Assembly: GCA_965207065.1 (NCBI GenBank)
Contig: OZ242260.1
Location: 1,472,001-1,536,000, forward strand
Direction of reading: 5' to 3'
DNA: 64,000 nucleotides
Source: a bacterium
GTDB lineage: Bacteria > UBA8248
Each line of letters starts with the position of its first letter. The first letter of the stretch is position 1. A program made the position numbers and the translations under genes. The notes under the pieces were generated by a model. That model made no database searches, was not told where the DNA came from, and worked only from the letters and a program-made list of their open reading frames with translations. This document shows positions 1-9,539 of this stretch, piece after piece.

Positions 1-259
1 AGCTATCCGGGAAAGTGGGGGTACGGCGATTGCTGTTTCGGATGAAATGATGTTCGAGGCGCAAAGAAAGGTAGGTGCTTCTGAGGGGATTCTCATCTGC
101 CCGGAAGGCGGGGCCTGTATTGCAGCCCTGGAAGTTTTGGTTGAGCGAGGTGAAATCGGGCGCGATGAGCGTATCGTGACGTTTAATACGGCCACAGGCC
201 TAAAGTATGCGGATATGATAGAAACGGATGTCTCTATTATCGACCCGCTTTCAATCTAG
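1..259 (+). CDS. thrC: Threonine synthase-like PLP enzyme, C-terminal part (runs off window start)
   Basis: AIRESGGTAIAVSD...EGILICPEGGA...FNTATGLKY matches the C-terminus of the threonine synthase family. Confidence 0.75.
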   Translation, partial: AIRESGGTAIAVSDEMMFEAQRKVGASEGILICPEGGACIAALEVLVERGEIGRDERIVTFNTATGLKYADMIETDVSIIDPLSI

Positions 260-271
260 GATGAATGGCAA

Positions 272-700
272 GTGATAGAGATAACAAGGCAAGAGGAATT
301 CTCCGCGGCGCACCGGTTGTTTCGGCCTGATTGGAGCGATGAGCGCAATGAGGCCTTGTACGGAAAATGCGCCAATCCACACTATCATGGGCACAATTAT
401 GTTTTTGAAGTAACCCTGCGATGTCCCGTAAACCCAGAGACGGGGATGGCTTATAATCTGGCCGACTTGAAAAAGCTCATGAGGCGGGAAGTCGTAGAAG
501 CGCTCGATCACAAGAATTTGAATGAAGACGCTGCGGGTTTCATGAAAAACCGGATACCCACGGCGGAGAACATAGCGATTTCGATTTGGGAATGTCTGGT
601 AGAGCACATAGACACGGAAATTCTGTTTCGCGTCCGCTTGTATGAAAACGCGCGGAATTTCGTGGATTATTATGGAGAAAACCCAGATGGCGTTCGGTGA
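272..700 (+). CDS. 6-pyruvoyl-tetrahydropterin synthase family protein (PTPS/QueD)
   Basis: FSAAHRL, CANPHYHGHNY, LDHKNLN, PTAENIA and LYEN motifs. Confidence 0.92.
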   Translation: MIEITRQEEFSAAHRLFRPDWSDERNEALYGKCANPHYHGHNYVFEVTLRCPVNPETGMAYNLADLKKLMRREVVEALDHKNLNEDAAGFMKNRIPTAENIAISIWECLVEHIDTEILFRVRLYENARNFVDYYGENPDGVR

Positions 701-1418
701 ACCGAGAAACCTGGAGAAAAGGCGAATTGTTCTGACCGGGGCTTCTCGGGGTATAGGTCGTGTAAGCGCGCTTCGTCTCGCCAAAGCGGGAGCGAAGATT
801 CTTGCCGTTTCGAGGGATGCCGATGACCTGGCGAGATTGGCCTTTGATTCAAAAGGGTACGTAGGGCAGATTTTTCCGCACAGTTGCGACGTGACGAAAG
901 CAGACGAAGTCGAAGCGCTCAGTGAAATGGCGGAAAAACGCCTGGAGGGAGTGGATGCGCTGATAAACAATGCGGGCTCAGGTGTATTCAAGGATATCGA
1001 AAACCTCTCTGTGGATGAATTTAACGCTACGGTCTCGGTGTGTCTCACCGCCCCTTTCATGTTGACGCGGGCGCTTTGTCCCTTGCTTGCGGCGGCGAAT
1101 GGCGATGTTATTAACATATCTTCGATCAGTGCGGTGTCGGGCTTTCCGGGGGCGTCGGCTTATTGCGCCGCGAAAGCCGGTCTTGAGGGACTCTCCAGGG
1201 CATTGGTGGAGGAGTTGAGGCCGAAGGGGATACGCCTTACTATCCTCCGGCCTGGAGCCTGCGCAACGGATATGTGGAAATCCATCCCGGGGGAGTTCGA
1301 TTTTGAGGCGATGATCCCACCAGATCTGGTGGCGGAAGCCATTGAGTTTCTACTCTCTCAATCCCGCAAGGCCTGGACGGAATCGATTGTGGTTCTTCCC
1401 CCGAAAGGCATGGTCTAG
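687..1418 (+). CDS. Short-chain dehydrogenase/reductase (SDR)
   Basis: TGASRGIG, NNAG and YCAAK motifs; ATG at 687 overlaps the end of PTPS. Confidence 0.9.
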   Translation: MAFGEPRNLEKRRIVLTGASRGIGRVSALRLAKAGAKILAVSRDADDLARLAFDSKGYVGQIFPHSCDVTKADEVEALSEMAEKRLEGVDALINNAGSGVFKDIENLSVDEFNATVSVCLTAPFMLTRALCPLLAAANGDVINISSISAVSGFPGASAYCAAKAGLEGLSRALVEELRPKGIRLTILRPGACATDMWKSIPGEFDFEAMIPPDLVAEAIEFLLSQSRKAWTESIVVLPPKGMV

Positions 1419-1630
1419 TTCGCCCTCGTCCCTCCGTGAATCTGGATATTCGTGCTTGCCGTCTGTTGAAATAATGCCCCAAAAATGAGAAGCGCGCTTG
1501 TTGAAGAGAACAAAAAAAGATATAGATTTGCCCCTTGATGGAAGGGGTTTTGTAAAATTCTCATGTTCGTGAAGAACGTTTTAATCTAGCGATTCTGTAA
1601 GGTTAGAAAATCATTTTTTCGGGAGGTGGA

Positions 1631-1933
1631 TTGTTGAGTACTATTCGATATGAAAATCTCGATGTCGAATATAAGATGGCGACTGGAGATTCCATTCTAG
1701 ATGCGGATTTGGAAAATGGTGTCGATCATACCTGCGATTGCGGCGGCAATTGCGCATGTTCGACTTGTAAGGTGATTGTGATTTCCGGAGCCGAGTTTCT
1801 CTCTTCACAGCAGGAAGACGAGAAAGATACGCTGGATGCCTATGGATGGAATCCGGATGAATATCGCCTTGCTTGTCAATGTATAGTCGAAGGAGAGGGC
1901 CGGATCGTCTTGAATATGCCTGAGCCTGAATAA
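1631..1933 (+). CDS. 2Fe-2S ferredoxin
   Basis: CGGNCACSTC...RLACQ; TTG start after GGAGG. Confidence 0.9.
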   Translation: MLSTIRYENLDVEYKMATGDSILDADLENGVDHTCDCGGNCACSTCKVIVISGAEFLSSQQEDEKDTLDAYGWNPDEYRLACQCIVEGEGRIVLNMPEPE

Positions 1934-1951
1934 AATTCAGGGCGCAGGTTC

Positions 1952-2587
1952 TCAGGGATTATTCCAAGCTTGAACCACCGAATCGAAATCAACCACACCT
2001 TCGCGCAGGATTATTGGTTTATTCCCTCTCGCGTCCACTACGGTGGAAGGCCGGGTATTCTCTGTTGTTCCACCGTCCAAGACCAGCCCCACCTTGTTTT
2101 GGAATCGAGAAGAAATCGCTTGAGCGTTATGGAGTGGAAGTTCTCCGGATGCGTTCGCGCTCGTCGCCACGAACGGGCCGACTCGCATCGCAAGTATTCG
2201 GCAAAGCGCTTGAGCGGGCATACGCACGGCGACAGAAGCACCGCCTTCGGTGAGCAGGGGAGACAGATTGGGAGTTGCCGGTAAAACCAAAGTCAGACCC
2301 GAGGGCCATAATGAGTCTATCAGGCTGAAAGCTTGCGGAGAAATGTCGCCTGCAAGCCCTTTTAACTGGGAGCGGCAGCCGATGAGAACGGGCGCGCCTT
2401 TCTCGTCTTCTCTTCCCTTTGTTTCGTAGAGTTTCTCGACGGCTTCTTTATCGAGAGCGCTGGCGCATAGGCCATAAATCGTATCCGTGGGCAAAGCGAC
2501 GATGTTTCCAGAATTCAGTTCTTCGCCGGCCTGTCGAATTACTTCTTCTTCTGGTGAACCAGGATTCACCGGGAGGATTCTGCTCAC
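1952..2587 (-). CDS. tsaC: L-threonylcarbamoyladenylate synthase (TsaC/Sua5/YrdC)
   Basis: PTDTIYGL, KGR, AVRMP, TSANASG and PSTVVD motifs. Confidence 0.92.
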   Translation of the reverse strand: MSRILPVNPGSPEEEVIRQAGEELNSGNIVALPTDTIYGLCASALDKEAVEKLYETKGREDEKGAPVLIGCRSQLKGLAGDISPQAFSLIDSLWPSGLTLVLPATPNLSPLLTEGGASVAVRMPAQALCRILAMRVGPFVATSANASGELPLHNAQAISSRFQNKVGLVLDGGTTENTRPSTVVDARGNKPIILREGVVDFDSVVQAWNNP

Positions 2588-2590
2588 CGT

Positions 2591-3220
2591 CTATTTTTTC
2601 CGGTACGTTCTTTTGGCGCGACTACGCTTGGGCCTTGATTTCTGGCCTGTACTTTTTTTGGTTTCATTTTGTGGTTGTTTCGCGCCGTCTTTTTGCGCTT
2701 GGGCGGGCAGAGGGGAAATTTCTTTCTGGAGCGCGGCGTCCGCGGCCAGAACCTTCTCTGTTTGTTGTTGCGCGAAACGCCGGTATTCCTTCGCGAGTTT
2801 CTGATCGGTCAAGGCGAGTATCCGGGCGGCGTGGAGGGCCGCGTTCCTGGCGCCCGGGCCACCAATCCCCATCGTCGCCACGGGTATGCCGGGGGGCATC
2901 TGCACCGTGGAGAGAAGAGAATCGAGGCCGCCAAGGGAGGAACTGTCGATGGGAACGCCTATCACGGGCAGGTCCGTCGCGGCTCCGACGACGCCCGCCA
3001 GGTGCGCCGACATGCCTGCGCCCGCGATCAGCACCCGGATTCCGCGCTCGGGGGCATTTTTCACATACTCATGAACGGCGTCAGGCGTGCGGTGGGCCGA
3101 TAAGATTCTCATTTCAGAGGGAATGTTGAAGGTTTCGAGCGCCTTCGTGGCTTCTTCCATCACCGGTTTATCCGATGCGCTTCCCATCAGTATCCCGACC
3201 AGGGGTGCTCTCGTGGCCAA
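2591..3220 (-). CDS. purE: N5-carboxyaminoimidazole ribonucleotide mutase, with a basic C-terminal tail
   Basis: MGSASD, SAHRTP, AGAGMSAHLAG and SLLSTVQMPPGIPVAT motifs. Confidence 0.96.
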   Translation of the reverse strand: MATRAPLVGILMGSASDKPVMEEATKALETFNIPSEMRILSAHRTPDAVHEYVKNAPERGIRVLIAGAGMSAHLAGVVGAATDLPVIGVPIDSSSLGGLDSLLSTVQMPPGIPVATMGIGGPGARNAALHAARILALTDQKLAKEYRRFAQQQTEKVLAADAALQKEISPLPAQAQKDGAKQPQNETKKSTGQKSRPKRSRAKRTYRKK

Positions 3221-3248
3221 AAAAGATTCTCCTCTTGATATTGGGCGC

Positions 3249-3638
3249 TTATTTTGGGATGAACGCGAGCAGTTCGATTTCGAGCTTCGCGCCCGCGATG
3301 ATTTTCGCCGCCTGGAAAGTCGTTCGCGCCGGGGGATCTTCCGTCCCGAAGTATTCCTCGAATACGGCGTTCATGTCCCCCAGATCCGCCAGATCTTCCA
3401 TGAAAATGGTCACTTTCACGGCGTTTTTGAGCGATGTGCCGCCCGCCTCGCATACGGCCTTGAGGTTCTCGATAATCTGCCGCGTCTGTTCGGCGACGCC
3501 GCCCGGAACCAGTGCTCCCGTCGCGGGGTCGAGGGGCAACTGCCCCGAGCAGTGGAGCCACTCCCCCACCTGAATGGCCTGGGAGAGCGGTACCTTGCCG
3601 GATGCGGCCTTGTCTGTATGAACCACTCTTTTTTCCAT
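3249..3638 (-). CDS. RidA/YjgF family enamine deaminase
   Basis: PLSQAI, CSGQLPLDP, PPART and LEIE motifs; start MEKRVV after an RBS. Confidence 0.9.
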   Translation of the reverse strand: MEKRVVHTDKAASGKVPLSQAIQVGEWLHCSGQLPLDPATGALVPGGVAEQTRQIIENLKAVCEAGGTSLKNAVKVTIFMEDLADLGDMNAVFEEYFGTEDPPARTTFQAAKIIAGAKLEIELLAFIPK

Positions 3639-4281
3639 TGTAGCTCCCCGGTGGTGCATATGTGACGCCCCATCAAAACACAAAACGAGGCCTGTGGGTA
3701 TCTTTCGCGCCATGTTTCGGAGGCTGTGCTATAAGTCATATTTTATCAAACGGTTGCGGTGGATTCCTGTTCGCTCCAAAGGCGCCGCGCCGCGCAGATT
3801 CCCCCAATTGCCGCTTCAGGCGCGCCGCCGGGGACGCGGTATCCTCGCAATGCTTCTGCGGGAGTGAGATTTTCGACCCCGCAGTTCCCCGCATTTCCCG
3901 TCACCGCCGGACCCCCGGGTCATGGCAGAATCTTCCTGCGCATCGCTTCTGCGGCGCCTTTTCCCAAGAAAATAAATTCCCATCAATTTATCGAATAACC
4001 CCGTGAATTTATCGAATTTTATCGATATATCCAGAATATAAAAATTAAATTATTGTTTTTAAGCTAGTTACAAATTCATTAAAATAATTGTAATCAAAAC
4101 GCAAGCTGGTTCATTACAACTACAGCGTATGCGGGCGGGTCCGTGTCGGGTTAACCATGGTAAGCGTTCGGCGGGAGGGTGATGGATGTCAACAAAGCAG
4201 GGTTCCAAACCAATTGCACCGTACTAAATCAACAAATGCTTCCGTTGTCAGAGACAATCTCACCGCTTAACCGAACGCTTA

Positions 4282-6310
4282 TTGCGCCAGGCTAAGCCCT
4301 GGAGAGGAGGATGCCATGACCTGAAACCTCTCGTAGCGACCCAGCGGGTTCGACTCCCGCCCGGCAAAGGCGAAGCCGGCCAGCCGGAAGCGAGTCTTGC
4401 ATGGCGTGCGGCAACGCCCGTCGTGAAGCGTAGACAGCAGGTGACGAAGCGGCGGGGTAAGCCTCGAAATCGGTGAATCGACGACGCCTTCACTGTTAAG
4501 CGTGTGGGGGCAGCACCGGAAGCGCCGCCATCGGCGAGGCGCAACGGGTCGTCCGGGGTCGTGGACCGGCGCAAAGTTACGGGGATGGGTCGCCAGGGAA
4601 CCTGGGAGATCCTGCTCTTGCCCGTGGGCAAGAATGCTGGAAAGGGGACGGCCAGCGTGAACAATCCAGACCCCGGTCCGTCGCCGGACCTGCACGGCGG
4701 CGGGAGCGCCCCATGGCGGACACGAACCCGGCAGGCGCCCGCGGAACCGGCTGGCGAAAACAATAAGCCGAAGGACATGCGAGGGCAGGAAGTCGTAGCG
4801 CCCTGATAGTACCGCTGAAGGCGGGGAACCGTGGCCACCGGGACCCGCTGGAGGGAAGCGGGGCGTCATCTGTACAGAGCCACTGATGGGAAACGCTGGA
4901 GGAAACTCTGAGTTCCACGAACACGTACACGAAACAGCAGTGGATAGCCAAACAGGCGAGGGAGCATCCGGAGCGGGTGTTCACGTCCCTGCACCACCTC
5001 ATCGACGGCGAGTGGATGCGCGAAGCGTATCGCCGCACGCGCAAGGATGGGGCGAGGGGTATCGACGGCGTGAGCGCCGCCGACTACGAGAAGGACCTGG
5101 AGGTGAATCTTGACGACCTCCTGAGCCGGATGAAGTCGGGTCGATACTTTGCGCCGCCGGTGCGTCGGCACTACATCCCGAAGGCGGACGGCACGAAACG
5201 ACCGCTCGGCATTCCGACGTTCGAAGACAAGGTGGCGCAGCGGGCAATCCTGATGCTGCTGGAGCCGATTTACGAGACGGACTTCCTGACGTGCTCGTAC
5301 GGCTTCCGGCCCGGACGGTCGGCTCACGATGCCCTGGCCGCACTTCGCACGGGCATCATCGAGCAGCGCCAACGGTGGGTGATTGACGCCGATATCTCGA
5401 GGTACTTCGACTCGATATCGCACACCCACCTGCGGTCATTCCTCGACCTGCGGATCAAGGACGGCGTCGTAAGGCGCATGATTGACAAATGGCTGAAAGC
5501 GGGGGTTCTCGAAGAGGGAACCGTGCACAGGCCGGTCACCGGCACTCCCCAAGGCGGGGTAATCTCGCCGATGCTCTCCAACATCTTCCTGCACCATGTG
5601 CTGGATAAGTGGTTCGAGGAAGTGGCGAGGCCGCGCTTGCGCGGAAACTGCCAGCTGGTGCGATTCGCCGACGACTTTGTCGTCGCCCTGGAAGACCGTC
5701 ACAGCGGCAAGCGGTTGCTTGACCTGCTGGACAAACGTCTCGGCCGATTCGGACTCACGCTCCATGAGGCCAAGACGCGCTATGTGGACTTCCGCCGGAG
5801 GCGTCCCTACGGGCGTCACTGGATGGCGTCGACCACGACGTTCGACTTCCTCGGCTTCACCCACGTCTGGGGGCGGTCGATGCAAGGCAAGGACGTCGTT
5901 CGCCAAATCACGGCGAAAGGCCGCTTCGCCCGCGCGCTGAAATCGGTGCACGAATGGTGCAAGAAAAACCGGCACCTGCCGATTAAGGCGCAGCATGACC
6001 ATCTCGTCCGGGCGATACGAGGCCACTGCGCATATTACGGTCTGAGGGGGAACGGCAAACGTCTTCGGTGGTTCCGCTACCAGGTGGCTCGCACGTGGCG
6101 GAAGTGGCTTGCGCGCCGCAACCGCCTGCGTCGCATGAACCGGGACTGGATGAACGCGCTCCTCATGCGATACCCCCTTCCATATGTCTCTTACGCGCGC
6201 TCACGGCAAAGCTTCCTGAGCGAACCTGTCGGGTGAGGAACCGAGTGCGTCAATCGCGCACGCTCGGGTCTGTGGGGGGCGGGGCGCAGAAATGCCCCCG
6301 CCTACCCGGC
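4282..6310 (+). mobile_element. Full-length group II intron
   Basis: 5' TTGCG; domain V-like GGAACCGAGTGCG...CGCACGCTCGGGTCTG; end CCTACCCGGC; boundaries confirmed by the sibling copy at 52934-53742. Confidence 0.92.
4896..6236 (+). CDS. ltrA: Group II intron reverse transcriptase/maturase, no endonuclease domain
   Basis: RPLGIPTFEDK, YGFRPGRS, GTPQGG and RFADD motifs; inferred start is CTG at 4896 (ATG in the sibling), alternative GTG at 4977. Confidence 0.93.
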   Translation: MEETLSSTNTYTKQQWIAKQAREHPERVFTSLHHLIDGEWMREAYRRTRKDGARGIDGVSAADYEKDLEVNLDDLLSRMKSGRYFAPPVRRHYIPKADGTKRPLGIPTFEDKVAQRAILMLLEPIYETDFLTCSYGFRPGRSAHDALAALRTGIIEQRQRWVIDADISRYFDSISHTHLRSFLDLRIKDGVVRRMIDKWLKAGVLEEGTVHRPVTGTPQGGVISPMLSNIFLHHVLDKWFEEVARPRLRGNCQLVRFADDFVVALEDRHSGKRLLDLLDKRLGRFGLTLHEAKTRYVDFRRRRPYGRHWMASTTTFDFLGFTHVWGRSMQGKDVVRQITAKGRFARALKSVHEWCKKNRHLPIKAQHDHLVRAIRGHCAYYGLRGNGKRLRWFRYQVARTWRKWLARRNRLRRMNRDWMNALLMRYPLPYVSYARSRQSFLSEPVG

Positions 6311-6354
6311 CTAACCATGGGTAACCATTCGTTCGTAGGGTGATGGGGGCTGTT

Positions 6355-7227
6355 TCAGCGGTTGAGGACTTGCTTCCAGTTGTTGCGGAGGGGCTTTAGC
6401 CAGATGTCCTTTCTGGGTTTGTCGTGGCGATTGTACCTGTCGTATCGTCCGCGTCCCTGTGTGGTTCCCACATGGATCCATCCCGATGCCCTGTAGACGG
6501 CGCCGGTGTAGCGGGGCGTCTCGACGAAGGTTTCGATGAGAACGGGGGTCGTGTTGTAGCGTTCGGTCCAGTCTTTGGGCAGGCGCCTGCGGACGATGGC
6601 GAGGAGGTGCGAGCCGAGGTTGGGGATCTTGATCCATGGCAGGATGAGGAACCTCGGGTTGTCGACCACGAGGGGGAGGTTCTTCTCGCGCAGCCCGGGC
6701 GTCCAGCCGATGAAGGCATCGCGCGGAGCGAGCTTCCACGCGGCGGTGGAGAAGCCGAGCATGGCGAGGGGCCTGCCGTCGCGGTCGTGGACGGCGTAGC
6801 GCATCTGGGCGCCGACGAGGGTCTTGTAGCCGAGGTAATGGTAGCGGACGACGAACTCGTTCCAGAGCCTGCCCTCGCGGGTTCCGCGCACGACGACGCG
6901 CATATCGAGCGTGCGTACCTCATCGAGGGTCTCAGGCGCCGGGATGAGGGGCGCTTCGGTGTCGGGTCCGAAGACGATCGGCCCGGGCCGGTTCTGGCGC
7001 CACTTCGGAGGCGGCAGCGTGATCAGGCCGTCCTTGTGCATGGCGAGCATGGTCACCCGGGCCATCATGTCCTTGAGTCCGCCGTCGGGTTTGAACCAGC
7101 CGATGCGGCGGCAGAACTCCTTCGATAGCGCATGGCGGTTGAGCGCAGGAGGACCGGCGATCAGTTCGCGCAGAAGCGCCATCTCTTCCGTCGTGAAGTC
7201 GCGCCCGTAGTAGCGGCACTCGATCAC
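6355..7227 (-). CDS. DUF4338 (DruA-like) domain protein, passenger of an IS66-like element
   Basis: WNEFVVRYHYLGY, AAWKLAPRD.FIGW, NPRFLILPW and ETFVE...YRASGW motifs. Confidence 0.85.
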   Translation of the reverse strand: MIECRYYGRDFTTEEMALLRELIAGPPALNRHALSKEFCRRIGWFKPDGGLKDMMARVTMLAMHKDGLITLPPPKWRQNRPGPIVFGPDTEAPLIPAPETLDEVRTLDMRVVVRGTREGRLWNEFVVRYHYLGYKTLVGAQMRYAVHDRDGRPLAMLGFSTAAWKLAPRDAFIGWTPGLREKNLPLVVDNPRFLILPWIKIPNLGSHLLAIVRRRLPKDWTERYNTTPVLIETFVETPRYTGAVYRASGWIHVGTTQGRGRYDRYNRHDKPRKDIWLKPLRNNWKQVLNR

Positions 7228-7231
7228 GGCG

Positions 7232-7496
7232 TCATCCCGGCGCCGTGAGGGCGCGCCTGCGCTCGGCGCTCATCGACCAGGGCAGCCACGCGGAGAGGTC
7301 CCCGGGCGCCCGGCCGCCGATCTGCGCGCAGGCGGTGAGCCATGCATCGAGCCAGCGGAGCGGGTCGATGCCGTTCGAGGAGAGTGTGCCGAGGACCGAG
7401 TACATCATTGCCGTGAACCCGGCGCCGGCCTCGCTGTCGGAGCCGAACGAGAGGCGCCTGCCGATCACGGGACCCCGAAGCGCGCGTTCGGCGGCG
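7232..7496 (-). pseudogene. IS66 transposase 3' fragment cut by the RIT
   Basis: NAAERALRGPVIGRRLSFGS...MYSVLGTL..NGIDP. Confidence 0.8.
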
Positions 7497-7604
7497 TTAT
7501 GCCGATATCGGCATAACCAATCTAATGCCGCTAACCGGATTATGCCGCGTTCGTCTTCGAACCCCTTGATTCCGCTCACTTGCGCTCTCGCTTTGTCGGC
7601 ATAA

Positions 7605-8600
7605 TCACAGCCTCTCCAGATAGTCGAGCAAGGCGTCGGATGGCCGGTATCGACCGGGCGGAACGTCTAGCGGCCTGGTTCTTTCCATTGCCTTTTCCTT
7701 CACACGGAGGTCGGCGTGCAGGTAGACGCGGGTGGTCTCGACCGATTCGTGACCGAGCCAGAGCGCGATGACGGTGCAACCGACGCCTCGATACAGAAGC
7801 TCCATCGCCGCGGTGTGGCGCAGGGAGTGGGGGCTCACGCGCTTGCCCTCGAGGGTCGGACACCCTCGGGAGGCCAGCGCCGCGTATTTCCTGACGATGC
7901 GCTCGACGGCGTCACGGCTGAGAGGCCTGTTGCGGTTGCTCGGGAACAGCGGCTGATCGTCCGTACCGCCCCGCTCGGCCAGCCACGCGCGCAGGAGCGC
8001 CACCGTGTCTGCCCTGAGCGGGGTCGAGCGCTCCTTTCTTCCCTTGCCGCGGCACCGCACGTGGGCGCCCGCGCCGAGAACGACGTCGCCGCGGCGCAGG
8101 GCGATCAGCTCCGAGACCCTGACTCCGGTCTGCACGCACAGATGGAGAAGGGTCCTGTCCCGCCGTCCGTACCAGGTCGAGGGGTCGGGCGCGGCGAGGA
8201 GCGCCTCGGTCTGCTCGCGGTTCAGGTAGTCGAGTACGCGCTTCTCGCTGCGCTTCGCGGGAAGGGCGAGCACCCGCTGGCAATGGTGCAGGAGTTGCGG
8301 CTCGCTGATGGCGACGTACCGGAAGAACGAGCGGATCGCGGCCAGTCTTGTGTTGCGGCTGCGGGCGCTGTTGCCCCGCGAGGCCTCCACGAAGTCGAGG
8401 AAGCGCCCGACGAGGTCGGCATCGATATCGCTCACCAGCAGATCGGTCGGCCGGCGGCCGAGACGCTCCCCGGCGAAGTTCAGCATCAGCCGGAAGGTGT
8501 CCCGGTAGCTCGCTACCGTATTGACGCTGGCCGCCATCTGGCCGAGGAGGCGTTCGGTGAAGAAGCGTTGCACGAAGGCCGGAAGCGGATGCGTTGTCAT
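7605..8600 (-). CDS. RIT tyrosine recombinase C
   Basis: R..SEL, GKGRKER, HSLRH, LGH and Y catalytic motifs; ATGA overlap with B. Confidence 0.9.
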   Translation of the reverse strand: MTTHPLPAFVQRFFTERLLGQMAASVNTVASYRDTFRLMLNFAGERLGRRPTDLLVSDIDADLVGRFLDFVEASRGNSARSRNTRLAAIRSFFRYVAISEPQLLHHCQRVLALPAKRSEKRVLDYLNREQTEALLAAPDPSTWYGRRDRTLLHLCVQTGVRVSELIALRRGDVVLGAGAHVRCRGKGRKERSTPLRADTVALLRAWLAERGGTDDQPLFPSNRNRPLSRDAVERIVRKYAALASRGCPTLEGKRVSPHSLRHTAAMELLYRGVGCTVIALWLGHESVETTRVYLHADLRVKEKAMERTRPLDVPPGRYRPSDALLDYLERL

Positions 8601-9539
8601 GACGCTTCCCCCTCTGTGAAGGAACGCTCGCCGCGCTCCGTGGCCAGGCGCAGGAGTTCGGGCACCGCCTCGATGTACCAGTAGGTTCCCGCGGGGTCCG
8701 TATGACCGAGCCAGGTGCTGAGCTTGTACATCTCCCGGTCGGGGTCGCATCCCGAGCGGAACCACTCGAGGATCGTCATCGAGGCCATGGTGTGGCGCAG
8801 GTCGTGGATCCGGGGACCGCGCCCGCGCCCTGCCTGTCGCTTTCGAAGGCCGACGTCCTTGCCGACGACGGCAAAGGCGTGTCCGGCGATCTTGATGTTG
8901 AGCCGGCGCTCGTTCTCGCCGACGAAGAACGCCTCCGACACTCTCCCGAGGATGCGGTCACGCCGGGCGCGATAGGCGCGCAGACGCTCCGCTGTGCACT
9001 CCGTGAAGGGAACGAAGCGGCTCATTCCTTTCTTGTCTCCCCTGACGCGCAGGACGGCCGCGTCGGTATCGACGTCTGTGTCATCGAGCCCGACCGCTTC
9101 TCCGATCCGCAGTCCGGTGACCGCGACCAGGCCGAACAGGGTCGCATAGGTGGCGCCGCGCAATCCCCGCCGCGACTTCAATCGTGTGGCTGCTCTCACG
9201 ATTGCGGCGATCTCCTCTTCGGTATAGATGTAGGGCCGCAGGCGCCGTTGCCGGTGCGGGATCAGGCCCTTGGGCGGGACTTCCGTCCGCGGGTCAATGA
9301 CCCTGGAGCCAGAACGCGAAGCCGCGCACCACCGAGAGGCGGATCGCCCAGGTGTGCGTGGAGCCCGCGCCGAAGCGGTTTTTCCAGCGTAGGAACAGAT
9401 CGGCGGTGATCCGTTCATCGCCCTCGGCATCGGCGAAGGTGGCGAACGGACGCAGGATGAGGCCGCCCGAGGCGGGGTTGCCGCCATAGCGGCGGCGCTC
9501 GGCGAGGTAGTGGTCGAGCAATTCCGTGAACGTTCTCAT
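8597..9539 (-). pseudogene. RIT tyrosine recombinase B, frameshifted near 9296-9305
   Basis: MRTFTELL...FWLQG continues in another frame as IDPRTEVPP...HDLRH...WLGH..TYWY. Confidence 0.85.

Larger units (their letters stand above)
4160..6311. mobile_element. IS66-derived MITE (~123 bp: 4160-4281 plus 6311), interrupted by a group II intron
   Basis: Ends GTAAGCGTTCGG and CCGAACGCTTA|C are perfect inverted repeats once the intron is removed; 8-bp direct repeat TAACCATG at 4152-4159 and 6312-6319. Confidence 0.85.

Noticed and set aside
3960-4130. att site or origin at the island's left border (TTTATCGA repeats, AT-rich)
   Set aside because: No partner repeat or tRNA was found in the window; not supportable.
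4260-4869. Long minus-strand ORFs here and at 52831-53724 and 38680-39363
   Set aside because: Shadow ORFs over GC-rich intron RNA.
4896-6236. Retron, DGR or defence RT
   Set aside because: The RT lies within complete group II intron RNA domains with EBS/IBS pairing; the other RT fragments are also intron-type.
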